This document shows, piece after piece, positions 12,743 to 25,229 of a DNA stretch of 64,000 nt. A program made the position numbers and the translations under genes. The stretch covers positions 19,530,001 to 19,594,000 of the forward strand of contig OX597833.1 in the NCBI GenBank assembly GCA_951406725.2, given 5' to 3'. Positions within the stretch are counted from its first letter, which is position 1, and each line of letters starts with the position of its first letter. Under the pieces are notes generated by a model that had not been told where the DNA came from, did no database searches, and saw only the letters and a program-made list of their open reading frames with translations. The DNA comes from Octopus vulgaris. Lineage: Eukaryota.

Positions 12743-13523
12743 TGCTGGGTATTTTTGCATGTATGTATATTTGTAGTATTTGGAGGCAGTTATGTATATA
12801 TGTATGTATCTTGTCTGGGTGGGCTCTGTCTACCTTACACCAAACAGCACATCCTTGCTCAATCACCTAAACCAACTGACATCATTCTGATATTTTGGGG
12901 ATTAAGGTCCTAAATTTTGAGAGCAAAATATGAAACTGCTACATTCATGCTTTTTCCAAGGACATTAGCCACATAAGCAAAGCAAACTTGCCTCCGTCAA
13001 GAATTGGAATCAGAATGAACTACCTTTTCCAAAAGCAGTATGGTGGCTTGCTCTCATTTTTGTTGTGTTATGGTATCATATGTGATAGTATGAAGGCACA
13101 TGACTTGGTGGTTAGAGTATTCAGCTCATGATAGTAAGGCCATGAGTTCGATTCCTGTCAGTGTGTTGTGTCCTTGAGCAAGACACTTCATTTCACATCG
13201 TTCCATTCTACTCAGCTGGCAAAAATGAATGGCACCTATAGTTCAAAGAGCCAACTTTGTCACATTCTGTGTCACGCTGAATCTCTCCAAGAACTATGTT
13301 AAGGGTACACATGTCTGTGGAATACCCAGACACTTACACATTGATTTCACAAGCTCACTGATTTCATATTGATTTCCATTGATCAGATCGGGAACCTTTG
13401 TTGTCATAACCAATGAAATGCCATATGTGATAGGAAGTATTCATAAAGTGACTGTTATAATGTTGTAATCATGAACTTTTTCACTGACACTTGTTCTACA
13501 TGCATATTCTAAATCTATTTCAG

Positions 13524-13581
13524 TTTGTGCCAAGAAAACTTGGATTCATCTCCCTCTTTAAACAAACAACAAACAATTTAA
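13524..13581 (+). CDS. MFSD5: Probable terminal exon of the MFSD5-like gene (N-LCQENLDSSPSLNKQQTI*)
   Basis: Acceptor aaatctatttcag. Joined in phase 2 to the donor at 11144, it gives a short hydrophilic tail ending TAA 13579-13581. No family motif, so less certain. Confidence 0.5.
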
Positions 13582-15005
13582 GTAACTCAAAAGACAGCAG
13601 TCAGTTTTATGCATCAAAGAAATATATCTTCAAATTTTTTAATATGGAAGACAATGCTTATTATCTCCAAAAAAACAAAAAAGGAAAAAAGCTGGGTAAC
13701 TCAGTGTAGACCAATGTATTATTACAAATCTTAAATGAATGTAAATGTAAATGGTATTGTATATTTTAAAGGTGAAATCTTTTCTTTTCATAATAATTAA
13801 TTCTGCCTTCTATTCCATGATGTGTTATACAGACAAACCACACCAATTTAATGTTTTTGATACTGCTAATCCTAAACCGCCCTTTGTTCTATGTATGATA
13901 AACTTCTTGTTTTAAAGTAATCTAAAATAAAACCTCCCATGAAAATTTTATATTAATTTATCACAAAATGTGAGTGCCAAGTAGTGTTTAGGCATTCTAT
14001 ATGGTAACTGCAGTGAATTTGCCTTTTAGCAGTTGAAATATGTCACAAACATATTAATTTGTGTTTCAAACACCAGCTCAATAAGGACAAAATTATTTTA
14101 CTAAATTTTCCACTATTTTCAAAATTAAGTGAAACAAATGCAGTGCATTTCAATAAAAATATCGTAACAAAATGGTTGATAGCTATGAATTCATCTAACC
14201 CTTTTGTCCACAAATACATCGCTAAATCATTTTGTTATCTCGCACAGTTTCCAAAACACTGATCTAAGTGTTTTGCCTCATTTATCAGAGATTAGTATAA
14301 ACAAGACAACTTTTTTAATTCACCAGCGCAGTTAGTCTGACTAATTATCAGTGATCAGATTTCTACCTATGCAAATTTAAATTCAATTTGATTAATTTTC
14401 AACCAAGAGCTAGATATAAACTTGACATCACTGGATGTCAATTGACAAGATGAATGGTCAATGTTTTGTACCCTATTGCTAGCAATGTGCCTTGTCTGTT
14501 TCTCTGACTATGACTGTCTCAAGGCCTAGGACCCATAGAGCCTGTTAACTAGTTTCCATGACATGTAAGTGACCAAGGTCACAATACCCCACTTCCTTCA
14601 GCTGGACGCCAGTCCATCACAGATTTACTCATTTACAGCCGAGTGGTCCAGTCCACTCAGCTGTAAATGAAGTATTTTGCTCAAAAAGACAACACATAGC
14701 CTAGTCTGAGAATTGAAACCACAATCATGCAGTTATGACCACTGGGCCACACATTTTCAATGTCTGTATCTATGACACTTTAATTCTTACTGGCCCAGCC
14801 ATTTAGATGTGGAAAATATTAAGCCAATAAAAGACAAAATATAGAATATTTATAATGATCGGATCTTTTACCTGTTGCTATGCTATCAGTAAAATTATTT
14901 GTTAATCATGCATATACCTTCTTTTAATAGCAGACTGTTATATAGTGAAAGTCTTGTTACTGTGATGCCAACAGTCTAACTCTCTATCTTTCACACACAC
15001 ACACA

Positions 15006-15038
<33 letters not shown>

Positions 15039-15078
15039 CTGCTCTCTCTCTCTCTCTCTCTCCCGCTCTCTCTTTCTT

Positions 15079-15109
<31 letters not shown>

Positions 15110-16345
15110 ACCTATCTCTTTCAACTATGACAACAACAAGAACCTGTTTTTTTCTTGAAACAAACTTTTATTATATCTTTCACACACACACACTTTCTCT
15201 TTCTCTCACTTGATTCCTCTCTCTCTTGACGGCAACAACAACAACAACAATCTATCATTATAGTGAAAGTCTGTGTTGCCTTGTCTATATGTTGAATGAC
15301 ATACAGAAATACATGCACACACACACGCACAGCCAAAAGCGATAACTATTTACATTGTTATATTGTGAAAATCTTTTCTTTTTTTGAAGCTGTGTTGTGT
15401 TGCATTGTCTGTATGTTGAAAGACACACACACACCCAAACAACCAAAAAAATAACTATCTACATTGTCATATAATGAAAAATTTTTTGGCTTTTGAAGCT
15501 GTATTGTGTTGACAGACTTGCACTTAAAATTTCTGCATTTTTTAAATCAAAACTTGTTAATTACTATGGTGACAACACTGCTTATCTATCTATCTTTTTG
15601 TATATCTGTCTTTCTATCTATCTATCTATCCATTTATCTATCTTTCACACACTCTCTCTCTCTCTCACACACACACACATACACACACACTGTATTTCTC
15701 AACAACTTTTTCTTCTAAAAATGCATTGTGATGTATATTTTGATTCCTCCTCCTCTTTCACTCCCTCCAATAAACAGACAGACAGACAGAAACCTGCTTC
15801 TCTTTTATAATATAAGATTTTTCAGAATTGTGCGTGCCTGTCTGTTGACCAGAAACTGTACATTGAAACTGAATCAATTACATTGTGCAAAATCCATTTT
15901 AACCATTTAAAACACACTAAGCTATTATATTCAATTTTTAATTTATCTTGTGATGTTAAAAAGTTTCAACACATACCCACAACCCAGTCACTAGCATCTC
16001 CATCATCAAAATTTTTAGTGCACTACAATGACATAGTGCTGATGACTACATCACAGTATTACAATGAAAATCTGACACCTCACAAAGTAAATGAAAAGTG
16101 AACAGCTTTTGTTTAGTTCTGTCATGATCTAATTGCTTTATAAAAATTGTTGTATTCTATATTAAACATAGAATCAGAATACACATATTCTCTATTTGCC
16201 ATGAACAAGTTAGTTTGACTGTGATATATCTGGTGCAAAAGAGCTTCAAGAAATGTTGCTCAGAATACAAAGAACTATTTTGGAACAGAAACAAACACAG
16301 CATTTTGCTAAGAGTGAACCTGCTGGTGGGCAGGAAAGTGCATAT

Positions 16346-16530
16346 GTGTACAAAAAAATGTGTGCACATGCAAGTGAGTCTGCCTGTATACACAAAAGTG
16401 TACAAAAAAATGTGTGCACATGCAAGTGAGTCTGCCTGTATACACAAAGTGTACAAAAAAATGTATGCACATGCAAGTGAGTCTGCCTGTATACACAAAA
16501 GTGTACAAAGGATGTGTAGACGTGCAAGTG
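16346..16530. repeat. Tandem repeat, unit about 50-52 bp, about 3.5 copies
   Basis: gtgtacaaaaaaatgtgtgcacatgcaagtgagtctgcctgtatacacaaaa repeated. It explains the overlapping ORFs at 16157-16676. Confidence 0.9.
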
Positions 16531-16803
16531 AATCCCCAAGTGAAATATATGCATGTGTTATATGTGTATACAATGTAACATTCCGATTGAAGGTAAGTTT
16601 GTTTTGGAGAACAATTTATATGATTTGGTGGAGGAGTTATATTCTGTTGCAAAACCATATCTCAAAAGGGCTGTGAAATTGTACGTTGTTGACTGTAAGT
16701 CGGAGACTGTATGAGGTATGTCTCCTGATTGGTTAGGAAGAATTCATGGAATTAATCCAGATGCAAGTTAAATTTATCAGTGTAAGTTTGCATTGTTTGC
16801 ATA

Positions 16804-17651
16804 CAAGGGGGTTCTGAAAAATTCCTGGCTTTGGGTAAAAGAAAATACATGAGAATCAGTTAATTATGATTTTATTCAACATAGGCACAGGAGTTAAATG
16901 TTATAGTATCACAATAAGGTGCACAAGTGTTACATCTAATGTCACAAGAAGTTACACAGGAGTGGCTGTGTGGTAAGTAGCTTGCTTACCAACCACATGG
17001 TTCCGGGTTCAATCCCACTGTGTGGCATCTTGGGCAAGTGTCTTCTACTATAGCCTCGGACCGACCAAAGCCTTGTGAGTGGATTTGGTAGACGGAAACT
17101 GAAAGAAGCCCATCGTATATATGTATGTGTGTGTCCCCCCAACCACATGGTTCTGGGTTCAGTCCCACTGCATGGCACCTTGGACAAGTGTCTTCTACTA
17201 TAGTCTTGGGCTGACCAAAGCCTTATGAGTGGATTTGGTAGACGGAAACTGAAAGAAGCCCGTCATATATATGTATATATATATATATGCGTGTATGTGT
17301 TTGTGCATCTGTGTTTGTTCCCCTAGCATTGCTTGACAACCAATGCTGGTGTGTTTATGTCGCCATTACTTAGCGGTTCGGCAAAAGAGACCGATAGAAT
17401 AAGTACTGGGCTTACAAAAGAATAAGTCCCGGGGTCGAGTTGCTCGATTAAAGGCGGTGCTCTAGCATGGCCGCAGTCAAATGACTGAAACAAGTAAAAG
17501 AGTAAAGAGAGTATATTCCCCTGTCAGATTCATGCACTTATTGCAGTGGTCTTCAGTTTTTTAAAGCCCTGTAAAAGAACTCGGAGAGTTGGGCATCCAA
17601 CCAGGCCTTTTGTGATACCCTCAAAGCCAGGAACCTTTCAGCACTTCCTTG
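16804..17651. mobile_element. Mariner-type MITE with a nested, internally duplicated SINE A
   Basis: TA|caagggggttctgaaaaattcctggcttt ... aaagccaggaacctttcagcacttccttg|TA. The SINE occupies about 16883-17511. Confidence 0.72.
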
Positions 17652-19636
17652 TACCATGAATGTAGTTTATTTTTTTAACTAGTAAGATTCTCTACAGAGG
17701 TAAATAGGCTAGAAAAGCTGTTGTAAAAAGTGTGTATTTTGTATATTTGATATCCTACAACTGTATTTCCCAATCACATTTTGGCACAAAACCTATTATT
17801 ATATGATTTTACATCAATCACGTAACTCATTTGTATATTTTACAGACAACCCCATTATCTTCATTTCAATAAGGAATTAAATTAGACAAAACCCGTTTTA
17901 GAGAATTTATTTATATGAAAAGAAACATATAATGATTTATTTTGAAAACTGTGAATAATGAATAACATTTGTTTTATAAAATATATTTTTATTAAATTTT
18001 ATTAAGTCACCTCACAGAACTTCAGAAATTTTTTTTCATAAAACGTTTGGCTTCTTTGGAATCCACTTTGGGAAATCCTGTCTTACAACAAAATTCCAAG
18101 GCCACAAACTTATTGTGGGAGGGTAAAACCAATTGAATTTCTTCTAATAATTACTGGTACTTTTTTTATAAGGACAATTATGTAACATACCATAGAATTT
18201 ATGGTTCAATAAAGTCTGTGTAAGAAACTTATTTCTGTGTTTTAAAATAATTTCATGGTATACAACCCTAAAAAGGGAACGTGACTTTTTCTGCTCTGGT
18301 ACAGTTAACACCAAATTGGTTTTGACCTAAGCAGGTGGAGGGATTGCGGGTTCGAATCTTGATCAATTTGTTCTTCAACTTGTTTCTACTCTCTAAGATT
18401 TATACCCACAAAATTGCTTTAAAACTTGTTTAAGAACAAAGTTAAAAATGTTTTTCTATATCCTTTATATTTTTATCTTTTATTTCTTTCTGTCACTGAG
18501 CTTCAGCCATGCTGGAGCACCATCTTGAAGAGCTTTAGTGAAACAAATTGAACCCAGGTTTTAAAGTCTGGTACTTATTCTATCAGTCTCTTTTGCTGAA
18601 CTGCTAAGTTGCAGGGATGTAAACGAACCAACACCAATTGTCAAACAGTGAGGAGACAAACACAAAGACACACGCACACACATATATGTGTATGACAGCC
18701 TTCTTTCAGTTTATTATTTCTTTATTGCCCACAAGGGGCTAAACATAGAGGGGACAAACAAAGACAGACAAAGGGATTAAGGCAATTACATCAACCCCAG
18801 TGCGTAACTGGTGCTTAATTTATCGACTCTGAAAGGATGAAAGGCAAAGTCAACGTCAGTGGAATTTGAACTCAGAACATAGTGATGGGCGAAATACTGC
18901 TAAGCATTTCGCCTGGCATGCTAACGTTTCTGCCAGCTCGCCTTCTTTCAGTTTCTGTCTACCAAAACGATTCACAAGGCTTTGATCAGCTCAGGGCTAT
19001 TGTAGAAAACACTTGCTCAACGTGCCACACAGTGGGACAGAACCGAGAATCATGTGGTTGGGAAGTAAACTTCTTATCACACAGCCATGCCTACACCTTG
19101 CAAACTTCTTAACACACTACAGCGCCTACACCTTACTGTACTTATATTTTAACCTTGAAAGTTTTCAGCTGGATTTGAACCAAGAACACAGGTAAACAAA
19201 ACTGAATCATATATAAAAAAATGCTGTAGTAATCTACCATTTCTACCACTTTGTACTATTTTACAAGTCAGAGGAAATGCTTGTTTTCTCAGAATTGTTT
19301 TCTTGTTAATCATGGTGTTCTTTGACCACTGTCCCAACATACATATGTTGGCTTGGCTACCTTTCTTATTCTTCTCAGTTTTGTCCCCCAGTTAATCCTG
19401 GTACCATCAGAAAACATCACTCCCCAGCAAAGTGTCCTACCCTATTTGAAACGTAATAATATTCCTCTCCTCTTCTTCATGTTTATACTCACAAATTACC
19501 ACCACAAAACATCACTAGTTTTCTCAGATCCTACAGTTTACTTTATTAAACCTGTTGTTGGCCTGCGAAGGGGCTGATTTCAAAGTCTCTTGTGGACATA
19601 GAGACAATAGCAAGGTTCCCTTAAAATTGAATTGCT

Positions 19637-19850
19637 GTTACATCTATTGTGTCACAAGTTACATGATTGATACATCCCCAAATTAATAGAAGTTACACAA
19701 TATGTTACATCCAGAGCCACTGTAAATTAGATATTACTTTTACAGTATCAGCATAAGTTACACAGTAGTAGATACATCTATAGTATCACAAGATGATACA
19801 TATGTATACATCTACAATATCACAAGAAGTTACAGGATTGTTTCATCTAC
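19637..19850. repeat. Degenerate minisatellite, about 30-33 bp unit (tacatctatagtatcacaagaagttacacag-like)
   Basis: tacatc and cacaag(a)agttaca motifs recur at a regular spacing. Confidence 0.6.
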
Positions 19851-20319
19851 TATGCTCTCTCTTTTACTCTTTTACTTGTTTCAGTCATTTGACTGCAGCC
19901 ATGCTGGAGCACCGCCTTTAATCGAGCAACTCGACCCCAGGATGGACACAGTCAAATGACTGAAACAAGTAAAAGAATAAAAGAAAAAAAAAGAATCTAG
20001 GAAGGTGGACTGATGGAATCATAATAGCATCAGACAGAATGCCTAGTAATTTTTAGTCTAGCTCTGGCGTTCTGAGTTCAAATCTTACTGTGGCAGACTT
20101 AATCCCTGCCCAGTTTAACACCACCATTTTGGTTCTTGGTTTTAGTCGAGAGTCCATTCTATTGCAACCATTCACATCAAGCTTCTAATTTGAAAATATT
20201 CCCCCCTTCCTATCAATATCTGAAGCCCTGGAAAGGAACATGGGCACTGCCCTTCCCTCTGATTTAGTAATAAAAAAAAAAAAAAGACAGGCATGATTAT
20301 TACAACTCTCCTTACTCCA

Positions 20320-20660
20320 TCCATCCACCCATTTTCTCAGCCCACTTTTTCCGGGAGGGTCACGGGGACTCTACAGTCCTCAGGCATCTCCTACATAGGG
20401 TCCTACCATGAGCATCAGCCAATACACTTTCTGGCTGGATTCCCAAGCATGACCAACAGAGACTACGAATATTATCCAACCATTTCATTCTTGATCCACC
20501 TCTAGGTCTCCCGCAAGTTGGCCCTGCTTGAAGAATCCATCTTGTGATCCCATCCTGTGACATTCTAATTTAATGTCTGTAGTACCAGAACTGTGATCTC
20601 TCAATGCAAGGAAGTTACAGCTTTATCTCAAGAGACCCCTGATCTCCAAGCTATGCATTC
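20320..20660 (-). mobile_element. Old RTE-clade LINE 3' fragment
   Basis: Translation GRPRGGSRMKWLDNI resembles the RTE C-terminal GxRxRGRPxxxWxD motif; (GGAT)n tail. Confidence 0.55.
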
Positions 20661-21131
20661 TGTCTTTAATGAGTTAATCAGGTCCTTTTATGCTTCCTAA
20701 AAGAAAAAAGGCTTTGGCTTTATGCTTAAGCAAGTAAGGATCAGGAATCATTCCCGAGTCCTCTTTCCTTGAGGTCTTATACAAGAATCAATGAAAGCTG
20801 CATCTCAAAGATAAAACTAAACCTACTCTTTCTATAAATCGTGCAGTTCTTTAGATTTTAAAGAGAGTTAGAACTGAGCAGGTTGCAATATTTGTAACAG
20901 CATGCCTTTAAAAGGAAGAAGGAAAAAAAAAAGAGAAACTGTTTCAATAAATATCATGCTCGTTTATTTTCGGGAGATAGATTAAAAGTAATTGTATTGT
21001 CACAGTTTCTGTTACATATATCTTGATGACAGCTGCAACAGACATTGTAAGATACGACAGGGGAAGAAGAGATCAATACTCTATACATACACGCATGCAC
21101 ACACACACACACGCACACGAATGTCAATTAA

Positions 21132-21351
21132 CCCTTTTAGTATTCAGATTATTCTGTCGAATGTAATGCTTATTTATTGATACTGTTTCGAATTAATCAT
21201 ACATTATCTTGTAGCTTCAAGTGTTTGATGATGTACTTGCTTATTTTTAGAATGACATTGTAGGACGGGTGTGAGAGACCAGATCTGGCCACTTTGAGTG
21301 TAAATAGATAGAATATTTGAGCCAGATGTGGCCTGTTTAAATGCTGAAGGG
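21132..21351. mobile_element. piggyBac-type MITE, about 220 bp, TTAA target
   Basis: TTAA|cccttt...gaaggg|TTAA. Copies at 42846-43063, about 45237-45455, 50314-50534, and a partial one at about 10760-10890. Confidence 0.78.
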
Positions 21352-22419
21352 TTAAAGGGTAGCTAATGCAATGTATTTCAATATTTCTTTGCAAATTGGG
21401 GTTTCAAACTTATACAAAGATGTTTAGCATTTTCATGAAGGCATTAAACAAACTCAGAACAACCAAAGGGACAAAAAAAGAGAAGAGGATAAATACTGAA
21501 ACATGAAAACAAGAGGGACTTATACAGCAGTTAAGGTCTGAGTCCTAGTGGTTAGGATGTTGCATTCAGATTGCAAGGTCATGGTTTCAATTCCTGGACC
21601 AGGTGGTGCATTGTGTTGTTGAACAAAGCACTTCAGTTCACATTGCTCCAGTCTGCTCAGCTGTAAATGTGTAAACCCTGGGACAGACTGGCATCCTGTT
21701 CTTTGAGAATGTAGTGATCTCAGTCACTTACAAGCCTTTGAAATTGGGCTCAAGACAGTAATATCCAGGAGTTGATGATAAGGACGATTAAATAGAGTAT
21801 AGAAATCAATATGAATCAATGAAAAATGTCAAAACTAGGGTCAAAGGACAAAGGCAAAAATAAAATTGCTCCAATTTTTTCTTATTTCTTTATTGCCCAC
21901 AAGGGGCTAAACATAGAGGGGACAAACAAGGAGATTAAGTCGATTACATCGACCCTGTGCATAACTGGTACTTAATTTATCGACCCTGAAAGGATGAAAG
22001 GCAAAGTCAACCTCAACGGAACTTGAACTCAGAACGTAAAGACAGACAAAATACTGCTAAGCATTTCACCCGGCATGCTAATGTTTCTGCTAGCTTGCCG
22101 CTCCAATTCTTTCTGATAATTGACAAATGATGGATGGATAGGTAGAACAAGCTTTTGTGTACTAGCTTAGATGTTTGAAGCTTTGATAGATGTAGTGTAC
22201 ATTATACACACGCACACACACACACACACACACACATCTTGTGTGACATTAGTGTATACATAAACTGGGTAGTAGTCAACTATTTAATTTATATAAAAAT
22301 ATATTGATTATACCTTTCATCTAAACACACATTACACACAGAAACATGTATGTATGTATGTGTGTTTATATATATTTTGATTATATTGCTCAAATCAAAT
22401 TTAATGGTATAGCCAATGG

Positions 22420-22800
22420 CTGTGTAATTTATTGTTGCCATAAGAAAGGTACTGTATTGTTTGTTATTAGCAAAGCAATATGAATCTGTAAAGTGTTGTT
22501 GGCATAGAAATATAGCTATGTAGCTTCTTGTTTGCATAGCAACAGCACTGTGTAGTTCATTGTTGGCATAGCAACGTTACTGTGCAGTGTTCTGTGTGGT
22601 TTGTTGTTGGCATAACAACAGTGTTGTATAGTGTATTGTTAGCCAGAGAAAATAGATTATGTACTTTGTTGCTGGTATTGCAACATGGTTCTGTAGTTTA
22701 TTGTTAGCTGTAGCAAAAGGGCCGTAGTGTTTGTTTTAGGTCTTAGTAGCATGACTGTTGTTTGTTGTGGACCATAACAACAGAAATAAGTATTTTGTTA
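22420..22800. repeat. Degenerate minisatellite, about 32 bp unit (tgtagtttattgttggcatagcaacagcactg-like)
   Basis: About ten diverged units seen by eye. Confidence 0.6.
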
Positions 22801-23071
22801 TTTTATAGATTAGTTTATGGAAGTTGGTGCTATTCATTGCTCTCTCTCTCTCTCTCTGCCATTTGGCAGCCTCGTCTGGCACCTGTGCCAGTGGCACGTA
22901 AAAAGCACCCACTACACTCATGGAGTGGTTGGCGTTAGGAAGGGCATCCAGCCGTAGAAACATTGCCAGATCAGACTGGGCCTGGTGCAGCCTTCTGGCT
23001 TCCCAGACCCCAGTTGAACCGTCCAACCCATGCTAGCATGGAAAGCGGACGCTAAATGATGATGATGATGA

Positions 23072-23113
<42 letters not shown>

Positions 23114-23188
23114 TTATTTTATAGAAGGAGCTTCTACAGGACTAGAACTGTTTCATTCAAATGAAATCATCAGGAATCATCAGGAAGT

Positions 23189-23237
23189 GCTTCCTGATGA
23201 TTTCATTTGAATGAAACAGTTCTAGTCCTGTAGAAGC
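23189..23237 (+). ncRNA. Type I hammerhead ribozyme motif in a fold-back Penelope-like end; near-copy on - at about 23130-23176
   Basis: gcttc-CTGATGA-tttcatttgaat-GAAACAG-ttctagtc-CTGTA|-gaagc. Stem I gcttc/gaagc, stem III acag/ctgt, GUA triplet. Stem II is weak. Confidence 0.6.
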
Positions 23238-23320
23238 TCCTTCTATAAAATAAATTTATTTACTCTGCCATATATTGAGTACCTTATTTACTGTGGTTAA
23301 CCCCGACTCAACCCGGGACC

Positions 23321-23371
<51 letters not shown>

Positions 23372-23473
23372 TGAAGTATATTACACTTTTTTGATATCAG
23401 TGACTTTTCGTCACTGGAAAAGGATATATATTTGCAAAGAAACGCCTACTTTTCATCGACAACCGGTGATTGT

Positions 23474-23518
23474 CACACGCTGATGATGGGTCAATACCCA
23501 GAAACTCAAGTCCATGTG
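23474..23518 (+). ncRNA. Type I hammerhead ribozyme motif, second member of the 8140 family
   Basis: cacacg-CTGATGA-tgggt caat accca-GAAAC-tcaa-GTC|-catgtg. Stem II perfect 5 bp, stem I 5/6 paired. Confidence 0.72.
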
Positions 23519-24669
23519 TATCATACAGGTTGAAGATGGGAAGGATGGCTTCCCTTTGCAAATACTGAAAGAGCACAGAAAGTGTGTCAATAGCCAGCTG
23601 GATGAGGTGTTCTCCTGGGGCTACAAGCTACAGTTGTCTCCACCCTTAAGGGTTAGCCACATTCAAGTAGTAAAATATACTTCACGATGTCATGCAGCTG
23701 CTGTTTATACCTTGCTCAGTGATATATACATATACATTATATATATATATATATATATATGCCAGCGCCGCTCCGACTGGCTTCTGTGCCGGTAGCACAT
23801 AAAAAGCACCATCCGAACGTTGCCAGCGCCGCCTTGGCTGGCTTCCGTGCCGCTGGCATGTTAAAAGCTCCAACCGATCGTGGCCGATGCCGGACCCCCC
23901 CTGGCACCTGTGCAGGTAGCACGTAAAAAGCACCCACTACACTCGCGGAGTGGTTGGCGTTAGGAAGGGCATCCAGCCGTAGAAACTCTGCCAGATCAGA
24001 TTGGAGCCTGGAGCAGCCCCTGGCTTCCCAGACCCCGGCCGAACCGTCCAGCCTGTGCTAGCGCGGAAAACGGACATTAAACGATGATGATGATGATGAT
24101 GATATATATATATATATAGATAGATAAATAGAGCAAGAGAGAGAGAGAGCGTAGACATACAGACTGTTTAGGTATATATATCGATGTATGTATGTATATG
24201 CATGCGTGTATATACATACATATGGAATTACACTGACAAGCTGAACTCATAATGGTTTGGTCCCATTTGACAATAAATACCCCACGATTGTTACCTCTCA
24301 CTGTGCAAGCAGTAAAACTGCTGGAAATTCAAAAGAACTTGCTATACATCAAAGACATGTAGAGCAAGAACCAGATAGATTGATATGTCATGAAGCCTTG
24401 CTTTATCTTTATTTCATTATGTCTATTCATTTTTTAGAGTAAAAGAAAAAAAAAAAACTTGTGTTCTGAGAGTGCTGTGGTACTCAAAAGGCAGAAATTG
24501 ATGTTTCGTCAGGTGGTGAAGCACCACCAGTGCTTATCAGGGCCGCTCACCAAAACTCCTACTTAACATTATGAGCTTTACTCTTTTACTCTTTTACTTG
24601 TTTCAGTCATTTGACTGTGGCCATGCTGGAGCACCGCCTTTAGTCGAGCAAATCGACCCCGGGACTTAT

Positions 24670-24925
24670 AATGATATATAATGAAATTATTGTATACAGT
24701 GCTCAGGTGCACCACAACTTGTCAGAAAGTGCATATAAAGTACATGCAGTAATGTAGAAATGTCTGGAAAGTGAACATGCTTGTGTGTGTATGGAGGGGA
24801 GAAAATCAAGTGTAGTGTTGGCGAATCTCAGGAAGCATGGAAGTCTTGAAGGATGCAGTGCTCCGACAACTAACAACCGATGCCGGCAGTTTGTTCCATG
24901 CTTCAGCAACTCTCAGCGTGAAAAA
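24670..24925 (-). mobile_element. 5'-truncated CR1-clade LINE 3' end nested in SINE A
   Basis: On -: FFTLRVAEAWNKLPASVVSCRSTASFK (CR1 C-terminal FFxxRVxxxWNxLP). 6-bp duplication acttat at 24664-24669 / 24926-24931. Confidence 0.78.
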
Positions 24926-25229
24926 ACTTATTCTTTGTAAGCCTAGTACTTATTCTATCGGTCTCTTTTGCTGAACCGCTAAGTGACGGGGACGTAAATA
25001 CCAGCATCGGTTGTCAAGCAATGCTAGAGGGACAAACACACACACATACATATATATACATATATACGACAGGCTTCTTTCAGTTTCTGTCTACCAAATC
25101 CACTCACAAGGCATTGGTCGGCCCGGGGCTATAGCAGAAGACACTTGCCCAAGATGCCATGCAGTGGGACTGAACCCGGAACCATGTGGTTAGTTAGCAA
25201 GCTACTTACCACACAGCCACTCCTGCTTT

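Noticed and set aside
13491-13709. 72-aa ORF (FVPRKLGF...) as the MFSD5 last exon in phase 0
   Set aside because: The only phase-0 donor upstream follows a stop codon, so this frame cannot be reached from the 11065 exon.
19169-19191. Possible micro-exon (ttttcag...cag|gtaaac)
   Set aside because: Isolated, with no compatible neighbouring exons or recognisable protein. Splice-like signals occur by chance in AT-rich DNA.
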